Source: Bacteroidota bacterium (GTDB lineage: Bacteria; Bacteroidota; Bacteroidia; UBA4408). From it: DNA of 64,000 nt. The position numbers and the translations under genes are program-made. Under the pieces are notes generated by a model. That model did no database searches and had not been told where the DNA came from. It was given only the letters and a program-made list of their open reading frames with translations. The stretch covers positions 288,088-352,087 of the forward strand of contig JADKHO010000004.1 of the NCBI GenBank assembly GCA_016721765.1, read 5' to 3'. Within the stretch, counting starts at the first letter, position 1. Each line of letters opens with the position of its first letter. Shown here one piece after another: positions 1-9,245 of the stretch.

Positions 1-85
1 AAATAAAAATTTTTGCAAAAGTATAACTATTATAGTGCTTAGATGATAAAAAAAATTAATTTTGCACCTCAATTTTTAAAAAACA

Positions 86-766
86 ATGGCACAAGAAAAA
101 GACGATGTATTAGTTGACGTTCAGGAAGTTTACAGTAAAACAGAACGTTATATTGAAGATAACAAAAAAAGCCTTGCGGTGATTGGCGGTGGTATTTTAT
201 TGATCATTGCAGGTTATTTTGCATGGGATAAATTGTATATAGGTCCAAAAGAAATTGAAGCACAAAAGGAAATGTTCATGGCTGAAAAGTATTTTGAACA
301 AGATTCTATCAAAAAGGCTATCAATGGAGATGGTAACTTTAAAGGCTTTAAATATATTATTGATGAATATGGTTTTACGAAAGCCGAAAATTTAGCGCAT
401 TATTATTTAGGGATTTGCTACCTTAAACAAGGCGAATACCAAAATGCAATTGACCAATTAAACGAATTCGAAAGCGATGACATGGTTGTTGGGCCAATTG
501 CGGTTGGAGCCATTGGCGATGCCAACATGGAATTAGGAAAAGCAGAAGAAGCGATTTCGTTTTATTTGAAGGCGGCTAAATTGAAAGAAAATAAATTTAC
601 TACTCCCATTTATTTGATGAAAGCTGGTTTGGCTTATGAAGACCAAAAAAATTACATCAATGCAGTTAAAATTTATGAGCAAATTAAATCCGACTATGCT
701 GAATCAACTGAAGGCAGGGAAGTTGATAAATACTTGGCTAGAGCAAAAGCATTGGCTGGCGCTTAA
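86..766 (+). CDS. TPR-repeat protein with N-terminal membrane anchor (YfgM/TPR-like)
   Basis: Has a single TM segment (AVIGGGILLIIAGYFAW) followed by TPR-like helices. Sits upstream of ribH, as is common in Bacteroidota. Confidence 0.6.
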   Translation: MAQEKDDVLVDVQEVYSKTERYIEDNKKSLAVIGGGILLIIAGYFAWDKLYIGPKEIEAQKEMFMAEKYFEQDSIKKAINGDGNFKGFKYIIDEYGFTKAENLAHYYLGICYLKQGEYQNAIDQLNEFESDDMVVGPIAVGAIGDANMELGKAEEAISFYLKAAKLKENKFTTPIYLMKAGLAYEDQKNYINAVKIYEQIKSDYAESTEGREVDKYLARAKALAGA

Positions 767-772
767 TTTTTT

Positions 773-810
773 GATTAGCTGATTAGCTGATTAGCAAATT
801 AGCCGATTGG
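773..810. repeat. Tandem octamer repeat (GATTAGCT)x~4.5 starting 7 nt after the stop codon at 764-766
   Basis: Direct reading: gattagct gattagct gattagca aattagcc gattgg. The same motif recurs at 20311-20349. Confidence 0.8.
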
Positions 811-946
811 ATGGATAAAGTTTTCATTAAAATCGTTATCAAGTAAAATTGGTAGCGATTTTTTGTTTTGATGGGATAGACTGGCTTTTGTTTTCAGTAA
901 TTAGTAGGAAACTAAATCTCAACACCCATTTTTTTGTATACTTGAA

Positions 947-1022
947 TCCAAAATTAAATAATTACAAATCTTAAATCCAAAATCAAATAATCACAAATCC
1001 TTAATCCTTAATCCTAAATCAA
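947..1022. repeat. AAATCC/TAAATC-type short tandem repeat tract immediately upstream of the ribH start
   Basis: Direct reading: aaatcttaaatccaaaatcaaataatcacaaatccttaatccttaatcctaaatc. A related tract in inverse orientation lies at 28980-29032. Confidence 0.7.
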
Positions 1023-1025
1023 AAA

Positions 1026-1517
1026 ATGGCTTCATCCTTAAAAAACCTTTCCGAACACGATCCCAACAAAATTCCATCTGCAAAAAAAATGCGCTTTGGT
1101 ATTGTAGTTTCGGAATGGAATACTGAAATAACGGAAGCATTATTAGACGGCTGCTACCAAAGTTTGATTGAACATGGAGCGGACAGTAAAAACATTGTGA
1201 AAAAATATGTTCCGGGCAGTTTCGAATTAACCTTAGGAGCGCAGTTTTTAGCTGCTGAAAAGAACATTGATGTAGTGATTTGCCTTGGCTGTGTAATTCA
1301 AGGAGAAACGCGTCATTTTGATTTTATTTGCGATGCTGTAGCAAACGGTATTACGCATGTGAGTTTAAAATACAATAAGCCGGTGATTTTTGGTGTGCTT
1401 ACGCCCAATACTCAAAAGCAAGCCTGGGAAAGAAGCGGTGGAAAGCATGGCAATAAAGGTGTGGAAGCAGCGGTGACGGCTATTAAGATGGTGGCTTTGC
1501 AAGCCACATCAAAATAA
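1026..1517 (+). CDS. ribH: 6,7-dimethyl-8-ribityllumazine synthase
   Basis: Full-length match to the lumazine synthase family (FGIVVSEWNTEIT..GSFELTLGAQ..KPVIFGVLT). Confidence 0.95.
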   Translation: MASSLKNLSEHDPNKIPSAKKMRFGIVVSEWNTEITEALLDGCYQSLIEHGADSKNIVKKYVPGSFELTLGAQFLAAEKNIDVVICLGCVIQGETRHFDFICDAVANGITHVSLKYNKPVIFGVLTPNTQKQAWERSGGKHGNKGVEAAVTAIKMVALQATSK

Positions 1518-1541
1518 TTCCGGCAAGAACCAACTTGCAAT

Positions 1542-3068
1542 TTAATCGATTGTCAAAATATCATATCGTTCACTTTTTCCTTTGATCATTTTTAAGTATA
1601 GTCCGTTTTCCTTGTCTTTCATAGCGCTGGGTGATTGTGCAATGTAAAACCAATCAATATCCGGAGCTTCAATTTTATACCTTTTCATTTCACCAGATGA
1701 GGAAATCTCGAGTGCAGCAATTACAGATCCTCTGTGATTATAGATCATATCGTACTTTTCATGGTCATACGCGGGAATTGCATTTCCGGCTTCCTGCATA
1801 TTTTTGGGATGCTCCAGGTAGAAGAGGTAAATCTTATTATCGTGGACTATTTTATTAAATCCATTCAGTGTATTTCTTGTGTTTTTAGGACATGATTTTA
1901 TCCAATCCGCTTTGGTGTCGGGCTGAAATTTATAGATGATTAAATCACGTTCCTTAGTGTAAATAATGCCACCTTCCGCATATTGATAAATGGGCGTTGC
2001 GATCATGTAATAATCCTCGCCAATTTCGATGATATCCCTGATCTTAAAATTTTTGGCATTGGCACATTTCCAATTTGTTCCTTCTGCATAAGCAAGTTTT
2101 TCTTCTACAAGCTTTGGGAAATAGGTGAATTCCTTTGCTACAAGGCTGGATTGGGCATTTATGGTAACAAAAAATGCACCTGTTCTTGGTTCCTCCTCAC
2201 TTTTCTTTATCCTGTAATCTTTGAAAATTCCTGCAAAGGTTATGTTTCCATTTAAGGCATCATGGGTTTGGATTTCATCGATATACCATTTGGGACTAGT
2301 TGCAAGGTTAATGAAAGTTGGAGTATTTGTATCGTTAAAAATTGCAAGAGCGAAGGACCAGCTAGCATCGTTCTCAGTGTTCAGGTAGCGGACCAAGTAG
2401 GTAATTCTGCCAGTGTTGTCAATGTTGAAATTAGAGTTAAAGGCTTCACTTGACTTGTATCTCAAAGGAATTTTTATGGGATTACCTGATTTTTCCATAT
2501 TGATCGGGTTGTATAACTGGATTGACCCAATATAGGGTTTATCGTTAATAACAACAGGTGTTACAATTATCATTTTTGAATGGTCGGGACTAAGGCTCAT
2601 AGAAAAATTCCAGGTCCTCGATCCCATTTTGTCGGTTTTATATTGAGAAACCTCCGTCCATTCTTTCAGCACACTGCCGTCAGTGCCTATTGTTTTCATC
2701 ATCAGTTCAGCTTCCTGTTCCTGCCTGTTATAAATCTTAGCGAACAAATAAATTTTATTACCGGCAAAAAGAGGCGTAAATGGGTATTCATACAACTCAA
2801 TAATTGGGATGTGAAAATCAATGAATTTAGTATCCAGGATCCATAAAGTTTTGAGTGTACTTTTTTCCTGTTTGATAATAAAATAATTTAGGTGATTCAT
2901 TTCTCGAGTCCCGTAACTGTATATATACTTTTCATCTTCGTTAAATTTGAAGGATGCTTTGTGCTCGGGTTCAAGCGCCTGTTCGGTTCCTTTTGTAATA
3001 TGAAATTTCTGCGCATATGCAAAGTGAACAAGCAACAGCAGGATTGTCGTGTAACGGATTTTTTTCAT
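1542..3068 (-). CDS. Secreted hypothetical protein (N-terminal signal peptide)
   Basis: 508 aa ORF with signal peptide MKKIRYTTILLLLVHFAYAQ. No recognisable catalytic motif. Confidence 0.5.
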   Translation of the reverse strand: MKKIRYTTILLLLVHFAYAQKFHITKGTEQALEPEHKASFKFNEDEKYIYSYGTREMNHLNYFIIKQEKSTLKTLWILDTKFIDFHIPIIELYEYPFTPLFAGNKIYLFAKIYNRQEQEAELMMKTIGTDGSVLKEWTEVSQYKTDKMGSRTWNFSMSLSPDHSKMIIVTPVVINDKPYIGSIQLYNPINMEKSGNPIKIPLRYKSSEAFNSNFNIDNTGRITYLVRYLNTENDASWSFALAIFNDTNTPTFINLATSPKWYIDEIQTHDALNGNITFAGIFKDYRIKKSEEEPRTGAFFVTINAQSSLVAKEFTYFPKLVEEKLAYAEGTNWKCANAKNFKIRDIIEIGEDYYMIATPIYQYAEGGIIYTKERDLIIYKFQPDTKADWIKSCPKNTRNTLNGFNKIVHDNKIYLFYLEHPKNMQEAGNAIPAYDHEKYDMIYNHRGSVIAALEISSSGEMKRYKIEAPDIDWFYIAQSPSAMKDKENGLYLKMIKGKSERYDILTID

Positions 3069-3246
3069 GTTGAGTTATAAAAATCGTGTAAATCTAATTT
3101 TTTGCATCAATTTTCAATACGGTATTTCGACTAATGAGAGGCTGGATGAAACCGGATTAGTATTCTGCCAGGGTCACCCTTCTGCGCTTACGTTCAGCTC
3201 TTCGTTAAAATCGCTACTTTTGCCAAACCCTTATCCGGCTTGATAT

Positions 3247-4578
3247 ATGCAACAGGTAGTAACGTATCGGAACATTTGGAAGATATCTTATCCTATTATT
3301 TTAGGAGGCATTGCTCAAACAGTGGTGAATGTCACCGACACCGCTTTCTTGGGGCGAGTGAGTGAAGTGGCATTAGGCGCTTCGGCTATAGCCGGACTTT
3401 TTTACGTTACCGTATTTATGCTCGGATTAGGCTTCAGCATAGGCACTCAAATTATTGTTGCGCGCTATGATGGAGAAAAAAACTTTAAAGAAATTGGGAA
3501 AGTGCTCGATCATTCCATCTATTTTATGTTACCCCTTGCCGTTTTTTTATTTGTTTCTTTAAAAATGCTCAGCCCCTGGCTCCTCTCCTATTTTGTAAAA
3601 TCGCCCGAAGTTTTGGCTTCCAGTATAATTTATATTGATAATCGTTGCTGGGGCATTTTGTTTGCCTTTGTTGGATTGTGTATTCGTTCCTTTTACATCG
3701 GAATTTCTAACACACGAATAGTAATTTATTCTACCTTGATTTCTGCGATATCAAATTTTATCTTGAACTACATATTAGTATTTGGTAAATTTGGATTTGC
3801 ACCAATGGGTATTGCCGGGTCTGCGTTGGCAAGCAGCATATCGGAAGTTATATCACTTTTGTTTGTGATTGGCTATACTTATGTTACCATGAATTTGGAA
3901 AAATATAATTTATTTGGTTTTGCAAAATTTGACGGTGCACGCATCAAAAGCATTTTTACTGTGGCTGCACCATCTATGTTTCAAACTTTTTTCGCAGTTT
4001 GGAGTTGGTTTGTTTTCTTTTTGATTGTTGAAAAAATGGGCGAACGGCCACTCGCTATTTCCAACTTAATTCGAAACATGTATATGATTTTGATGATTCC
4101 TTTGGTTGGATTTAGTTCTGCAACCAATACCTTGGTAAGTAATTTAATTGGACAAGGTCGGCAATCGGAGGTTTTTCTCATGATTAAAAAAATTGCATTC
4201 TTATCCTTTGCATTTACCTTAGCACTTACTTTATTAAACTTGCTCAATCCGCGTATTGCACTTTCGGTTTTTACAAACGATAGCAATTTAATTGAAGCCA
4301 CACTCGGCTCACTTTATGTTATTTGTGGTTCCTTGCTTCTATTTTCGGTAACCGCTGTATTGTTGAGTTCCGTTTCAGGATCAGGAAATACAATGGCTTC
4401 TCTTATAATCGAAACGCTTACTATTGCTTTTTATTTATTGGCAACCTGGTTTGCTGTACAACTCATGCATTGGCCCATCGAATTGGTTTGGTGTGTGGAA
4501 TATGTTTATTTTGCCTTTATGGGGATGCTTTCCGTGTGGTATTTAAAAAAGAAATTGCAACAAAAATTATATGCGTAA
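3247..4578 (+). CDS. MATE family efflux transporter
   Basis: Twelve-TM protein of 443 aa with an N-terminus typical of NorM/MATE (WKISYPIILGGIAQTVVNVTDTAFLGRV). Confidence 0.85.
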   Translation: MQQVVTYRNIWKISYPIILGGIAQTVVNVTDTAFLGRVSEVALGASAIAGLFYVTVFMLGLGFSIGTQIIVARYDGEKNFKEIGKVLDHSIYFMLPLAVFLFVSLKMLSPWLLSYFVKSPEVLASSIIYIDNRCWGILFAFVGLCIRSFYIGISNTRIVIYSTLISAISNFILNYILVFGKFGFAPMGIAGSALASSISEVISLLFVIGYTYVTMNLEKYNLFGFAKFDGARIKSIFTVAAPSMFQTFFAVWSWFVFFLIVEKMGERPLAISNLIRNMYMILMIPLVGFSSATNTLVSNLIGQGRQSEVFLMIKKIAFLSFAFTLALTLLNLLNPRIALSVFTNDSNLIEATLGSLYVICGSLLLFSVTAVLLSSVSGSGNTMASLIIETLTIAFYLLATWFAVQLMHWPIELVWCVEYVYFAFMGMLSVWYLKKKLQQKLYA

Positions 4579-5539
4579 AGATGAGTTAAGAATTGTGTTC
4601 ATGGGTACACCCGACTTTGCGGTTCCATCCTTAGAGATACTTATAAAAAATAAATATAATGTAGTGGGTGTGGTAACTGCTCCTGATAAACCCGCCGGCA
4701 GAGGCTTGCAGATACAAACCTCGGCAGTAAAGAAATTTGCTGTAGAAAATAATCTACATATTCTGCAACCGGAGAAATTGAAATCCGAAACATTTATTCA
4801 GGAACTAAAATCACTGAATGCCAATTTACAAATCGTGGTTGCTTTTAGAATGCTGCCCGAAATGGTATGGCAAATGCCGGAATTGGGAACTTTTAATTTA
4901 CATGGTTCTCTCTTACCTCAATACAGAGGAGCCGCACCTATCAATTGGGCAGTCATGAATGGTGAAAAAGAAACCGGGGTTACCACCTTTTTTCTGCAAC
5001 ACGAAATCGACACCGGGAAAATAATACATAGTGCCAAATGCCCAATAAATGCAGAAGATACAGCCGGAAGTATACACGATAAGTTGATGTTTATTGGAGC
5101 TGATTTAGTTTTAAAAACAGTTGAAGATATTGTATCAGGTGAATACAAAGTTATAGCACAAGATCAACTCTTAGTTGCAGAAAATGGATTAAAAATTGCA
5201 CCAAAAATCCACAAAGCAGATTGTAAAATAAATTGGGATAACAGTTGCGAAAACATTGTAAATAAAGTGCGGGGACTAAATCCTTTTCCTACCGCTTTCG
5301 CAGAATTCAAGCATGATTCAGAGACACTACTATTTAAAATTTTTGAAACAAAAAAAGAACAAACAGCACATGAAATTCCATTTGGACAGCTGGTGAGCGA
5401 CAACAAAAGCTTCTTAAAAGTAGCTGTCAGAGATGGTTTTGTGCAAATAAGCAGTCTGCAGTTGGCCGGAAAGAAACGGATGTCGGTGAGCGATTTCTTG
5501 CGTGGATATCAGTTTTCAGGAACTTGGATTGCAGTTTAA
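4571..5539 (+). CDS. fmt: Methionyl-tRNA formyltransferase
   Basis: Carries IVFMGTPDFAVPSLE and the HGSLLPQYRGAAPINWAV formyltransferase core. Overlaps the upstream gene by 8 nt. Confidence 0.95.
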   Translation: MRKDELRIVFMGTPDFAVPSLEILIKNKYNVVGVVTAPDKPAGRGLQIQTSAVKKFAVENNLHILQPEKLKSETFIQELKSLNANLQIVVAFRMLPEMVWQMPELGTFNLHGSLLPQYRGAAPINWAVMNGEKETGVTTFFLQHEIDTGKIIHSAKCPINAEDTAGSIHDKLMFIGADLVLKTVEDIVSGEYKVIAQDQLLVAENGLKIAPKIHKADCKINWDNSCENIVNKVRGLNPFPTAFAEFKHDSETLLFKIFETKKEQTAHEIPFGQLVSDNKSFLKVAVRDGFVQISSLQLAGKKRMSVSDFLRGYQFSGTWIAV

Positions 5540-5764
5540 CAAAACACAAATCAATTTCCTGAAACACCTTTAAATTCAGTACCTACAGAAGATTGAAAAC
5601 CAGTATTCGCCCTGCACAATGCACGCAGTATAGCTTGTAAAAAACACACTTTCTGTAAGTCAATGGGCATAGTACTTACACCCACAGTTATTAACAAAAA
5701 ATGCGATTTATCAACAAAATTGCATTTTTTCGTGCTACATCCTAGGAGTGTATTGTAATTCCTC

Positions 5765-5772
5765 TAAATTTG
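5765..5772 (+). promoter_or_regulatory. Candidate Bacteroidota sigma-A -7 element (TAAATTTG) upstream of the HU gene
   Basis: Matches the TAnnTTTG consensus about 55 nt upstream of the ATG at 5828. Confidence 0.3.
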
Positions 5773-5827
5773 CTCCTGTTCTAAACAATTAATTATTAAT
5801 TTTTAACCATTTAAAAAACAAATTAAA

Positions 5828-6109
5828 ATGAACAAACAAGAACTAATTGAAGCGATTGCTTCAGAATCAAAATTGACAAAAGCAGATTCTAAAAAAGCTT
5901 TAGACGCATTTATTAACCAAACATCTAAAGCTTTGAAAAAAGGCGACAGAGTTGCGTTAGTAGGATTCGGATCTTTCTCAGTTGCTAAAAGAGAAGCTCG
6001 TAAAGGAAGAAATCCACAAACCGGAAAAGAAATTAAAATTGCAGCTAAAAAAGTTTGCAAATTTAAAGCTGGTTCTGAATTAGCTGATTTAGTGAACAAA
6101 GGAAAATAA
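5828..6109 (+). CDS. hup: HU family DNA-binding protein
   Basis: 93 aa with the GFGSF..ARKGRNPQTGKEIKI HU/IHF signature. Confidence 0.9.
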   Translation: MNKQELIEAIASESKLTKADSKKALDAFINQTSKALKKGDRVALVGFGSFSVAKREARKGRNPQTGKEIKIAAKKVCKFKAGSELADLVNKGK

Positions 6110-6131
6110 TTCCTGTTTCACCAAACAAAAA

Positions 6132-6161
6132 AAATGTCTGCCTAATGGCGGACATTTTTTT
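6132..6161 (+). terminator. Rho-independent terminator after the HU gene
   Basis: Hairpin tgtctgcc-taat-ggcggaca followed by a run of 8 T. Confidence 0.6.
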
Positions 6162-6278
6162 TGCACTAAACTCTCTGAATCTTGAGCGTTCGAGGTATTT
6201 AAAACAAAATTATCTATTTGAAGTTTTTGCGCTTCTTTTTAAACCTAAATTGGAAACGCAGCAAGTCGGATGTTGGAG

Positions 6279-6854
6279 CTATACAAGAATTTTGAGAATC
6301 GAAAATGTTCCTATTGCAATGTATACAAATGCAAACATTCGCGCCACTTGTATTATGTTTAATTTCAGAAAATTCAAAACTTGGTTTCCCAGAATCATAT
6401 AAGTTAACATTACCAAAAGTGTTCCTAGCGCATTAAAAAAAAGAAAAGGAATAAATTGGGTATAGTTGCTAAGGGGATTAATTGCTATCCCAATCACCAT
6501 CCAAAAAGGAATTTGTTGGGGATGAAAAACAATACTGATCAATCCCCTTTTTAACGTGTTTTTTGAGAATTTTTGCTCCTCCTTTTTATTGTCAAAAAGC
6601 ACCCATACACCCATTACTATCAAGAGAATAAAGGATACAACCTGAAAAACAGAAAAGGTGGATTGATGCTTTTTAAGAGCTTCAATAAAAAGAAGCGTAC
6701 CGCCACAATATAAACTTTCAAACACCAAAATAAGTAACAGCACCCAAAGTAAAGCAACGTATCTTCTGCTTCGGTACAAATCCATAACCATTAGGTTTAT
6801 GTTTCCGGGAAATAAATACCCGTAAAAGCCAATAAATAAAGCTGTGAGCATCAT
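6279..6854 (-). CDS. LysE/RhtB-type small-molecule exporter (putative)
   Basis: 191 aa with about 6 TM segments and an N-terminal PGxN motif (YLFPGNINLMV). Its start overlaps the stop of the upstream ATP-grasp gene. Confidence 0.45.
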   Translation of the reverse strand: MMLTALFIGFYGYLFPGNINLMVMDLYRSRRYVALLWVLLLILVFESLYCGGTLLFIEALKKHQSTFSVFQVVSFILLIVMGVWVLFDNKKEEQKFSKNTLKRGLISIVFHPQQIPFWMVIGIAINPLSNYTQFIPFLFFNALGTLLVMLTYMILGNQVLNFLKLNIIQVARMFAFVYIAIGTFSILKILV

Positions 6855-7885
6855 GTTGTAAAATAGTTGAGTTTATAATTTCGCTCTTCCATTCTCGTGC
6901 TTTTAAAACCTTCGAAACTCATATATTCCACGCCTCTTTCACGGTTTTCTCTTGCGGCATCAAACATCATTTTATAATGCTGTGCAATAACTTTTTGTGC
7001 TTTGAAAAAAGAAAATGAAGGATCGTAAATATGTGCCGGTTCAGCGCCAGCTCCATTCAATTCTAGAATTGAAATGTTTGTCCCATTTCTCAAATCGGCA
7101 AATGACGGGCATCTTAAATCAAAACGCCCAAAATAAAAACCATTAATTGATTTACTTATTTTGTCAAAGCTCTCTGTTAAAGTCGCATCAATAAAATGAT
7201 TGTAATTCACAAACATTGCACCAAGCACATGATTGCCATAAGGTACCAAAACCAATTCTTCGTTGCTTTCTAATATGCAGTTGAAATCAATCTCCGGATT
7301 TTGTTGTAGCCTTTTATATTGTAAGTAAGCCCTGTCATTTTTTAAAATCAATTCACGAACACTGGCTTTACCGTCGCCCACTACAGATAGCAATTTTTTT
7401 AATGTGAGTGAGCTAATAATTCCCTTGCTACTGGATGGATTTCGGTAATAAAAAAGGCTGAATTCCAGCGGGGCATCAACATAAGATTGAATTATGAATT
7501 CTTTTTGGGTTTGATTCCGATACGCTCGAAGTTCAGACTTTGAGTTTAATTTTCGAACTCCCCAGCCTCTCTCTCCTCTATTTGGTTTAGCAATTAAAGG
7601 AAAGTTCATTGCTGCTGATTGAAGGTTTCTTTCAATTTTTTCTACCGTATCATTTTCACACACAAGGAGCGTGGATGGCAAGTATTGCAGGGGAATTAAT
7701 TGGAATATTTTCCACTTACTTTCAAAAAACATTCCGCCCGTTTCAATGGATGGATTAGAAGCGGAGAAAAAGAAAAATGACTTGGCTCTTCCAGCTAAAT
7801 AAAAATAATAAAAGCTAACAGGTAAATAAACAAGCCACATGGGCCAGTATTCCCAACTAAAAAGTTTAATTAAAAATCTTCTCAT
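6851..7885 (-). CDS. ATP-grasp domain protein (putative amino-acid/peptide ligase)
   Basis: Conserved Flavobacteriia-type N-terminus (WEYWPMW..YYFYLA..FFFFSASNPSIETGGM) and a C-terminal ATP-grasp-like region (ILELNGAGAEPAHIYDP). Has ATGA overlaps with both neighbours. Confidence 0.55.
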   Translation of the reverse strand: MRRFLIKLFSWEYWPMWLVYLPVSFYYFYLAGRAKSFFFFSASNPSIETGGMFFESKWKIFQLIPLQYLPSTLLVCENDTVEKIERNLQSAAMNFPLIAKPNRGERGWGVRKLNSKSELRAYRNQTQKEFIIQSYVDAPLEFSLFYYRNPSSSKGIISSLTLKKLLSVVGDGKASVRELILKNDRAYLQYKRLQQNPEIDFNCILESNEELVLVPYGNHVLGAMFVNYNHFIDATLTESFDKISKSINGFYFGRFDLRCPSFADLRNGTNISILELNGAGAEPAHIYDPSFSFFKAQKVIAQHYKMMFDAARENRERGVEYMSFEGFKSTRMEERNYKLNYFTT

Positions 7886-8646
7886 AATAATTTCGTGTTT
7901 GACGGATAATCAGGTGGAAGCGGACAATCTGTGGATTTTGCTAACAGTTTAATTACTTTTTGATGGTGTGTATATTTTTGTAAATCAAAATAATCAAAAG
8001 TTGCAAATTCACTTTGAGGTAACTCAATAAAGGAATAGCTCAATGTTTTCACCTTTTCATTCCGATTCATAATAAATCCATTTTCCATTTCTGGAAAAGA
8101 TTTAAAAAATTTCAACAAAGTCAATTTATCAATGGGCGGTTCCATTGCAATCCAGTTTTGAAAGAGGCTGCTTCGTTTGTCACGAAATTCAGTTGAATAT
8201 AATGTGGAAGAGGACCAAATTTGAGGTATCGTTTTATCAATATGCGTACGTTGTTTCTGAGTTCCATCCCATTGCAATTCAAATAAAGACTCATCACTCC
8301 AAACAACTAAAGTAAAGGGTTCAACTCCTTCAAGATTCATCAAACTCCAGTCAACAATGGGCAAATCAGATGCAAGTAAATCGTTTACAATCAGGCCTCT
8401 GCTTTTAAGGTAATTATCCTTTTGAAGATGCTTTTCTTTCGCACCGTTCAATAAGATGATTACATTTCTGAATTCATTTATTCCTACCCAGGTTCCGCCT
8501 TTTGAAGCATCTTTGGGCGACAATTGATTGATATTATTTGTGCGGTAAATTTCAGGAGCAAGCGCTGCAGGTCTCATCGGACTTTCGTCCCTTAAGGATG
8601 CAAAATGGCGGTTTGATGTTCCTGGTATATATACTACTGTGCACAT
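7882..8646 (-). CDS. NRDE family protein (DUF833, Ntn-hydrolase-like, N-terminal Cys)
   Basis: Begins MCTVVYIPG, typical of the NRDE family. 254 aa. Confidence 0.55.
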   Translation of the reverse strand: MCTVVYIPGTSNRHFASLRDESPMRPAALAPEIYRTNNINQLSPKDASKGGTWVGINEFRNVIILLNGAKEKHLQKDNYLKSRGLIVNDLLASDLPIVDWSLMNLEGVEPFTLVVWSDESLFELQWDGTQKQRTHIDKTIPQIWSSSTLYSTEFRDKRSSLFQNWIAMEPPIDKLTLLKFFKSFPEMENGFIMNRNEKVKTLSYSFIELPQSEFATFDYFDLQKYTHHQKVIKLLAKSTDCPLPPDYPSNTKLL

Positions 8647-8702
8647 TGTATTAATTGTAACGGATGAATTTCACTTGAATAAGCTATTTTAAAATACATT
8701 AT

Positions 8703-9209
8703 TTAGGATGCATTACTTAAAGTTGCTTTATATTTTAAAGTAGAATAAGCCATTCCAAAATCTTCATTCACTATGCTTAACTGCATTTCAACTAAGGCAA
8801 CTTTTATAAGTGCAAGATGATGAATAGTGTGCTCAGTATTGTATACAATTTCTCTAAAATATGTAGTACTTACACCTGTCAGTGCATGCTCTTTTGTTTC
8901 ATCTGTTAGTAAGGTTAGTATTCGGTCAGGGGCTTTCATCGCAGTTATGAGGTTTAGAATTAATGCCTGAGCACTTACTTTCTTGTTTTGTAATTCCAGG
9001 TTTCGCTTTCTGTTTACGTAATCCACAATACCTGTTTCGTTGCCCGCTATGGCACATTCCAGCAATTCGAGAATATGACGTGTATGGCCACCAATGCTTG
9101 CGTTTCCTAAGTGAAGCACTGAATATTGGTATTGCTCATCCGTTAAAGAAGCAAGTAATTCACTTAAGTAATTTAATTGTTGCTCTAGCTGAATAAAAAG
9201 TCTGTTCAT
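8703..9209 (-). CDS. DinB/YfiT-like metal-dependent hydrolase family protein
   Basis: 168 aa with an HTRHILE..H..H pattern characteristic of DinB_2 four-helix bundles. Confidence 0.5.
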   Translation of the reverse strand: MNRLFIQLEQQLNYLSELLASLTDEQYQYSVLHLGNASIGGHTRHILELLECAIAGNETGIVDYVNRKRNLELQNKKVSAQALILNLITAMKAPDRILTLLTDETKEHALTGVSTTYFREIVYNTEHTIHHLALIKVALVEMQLSIVNEDFGMAYSTLKYKATLSNAS

Positions 9210-9245
9210 GAAAATGGTTCTAGATTTGGATATTCTTAACTTTAT

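Noticed and set aside
773-810. CRISPR array candidate based on the GATTAGCT repeats
   Set aside because: The repeat unit is only 8 bp, the copies are contiguous with no spacers, and no cas genes are present.
766-1025. Possible FMN riboswitch upstream of ribH
   Set aside because: The conserved FMN-element segments (the GGATAGGGTG-like and CAGGGC..GTCCCG-like cores) were not found by eye. The region is dominated by tandem oligo-repeats instead.
1631-3080. Several 60-90 aa plus-strand ORFs inside the 1542..3068 minus-strand gene
   Set aside because: They are antisense to a long, signal-peptide-bearing ORF and show low-complexity or Cys/Phe-rich translations typical of spurious frames. Similar small antisense ORFs inside recN, coaBC, CotH, M28, the mutase and others were discarded for the same reason.
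6145-6402. 85 aa plus-strand ORF downstream of the HU gene
   Set aside because: It overlaps the HU terminator and the 3' end of the LysE-like gene on the opposite strand, and it has no start context.
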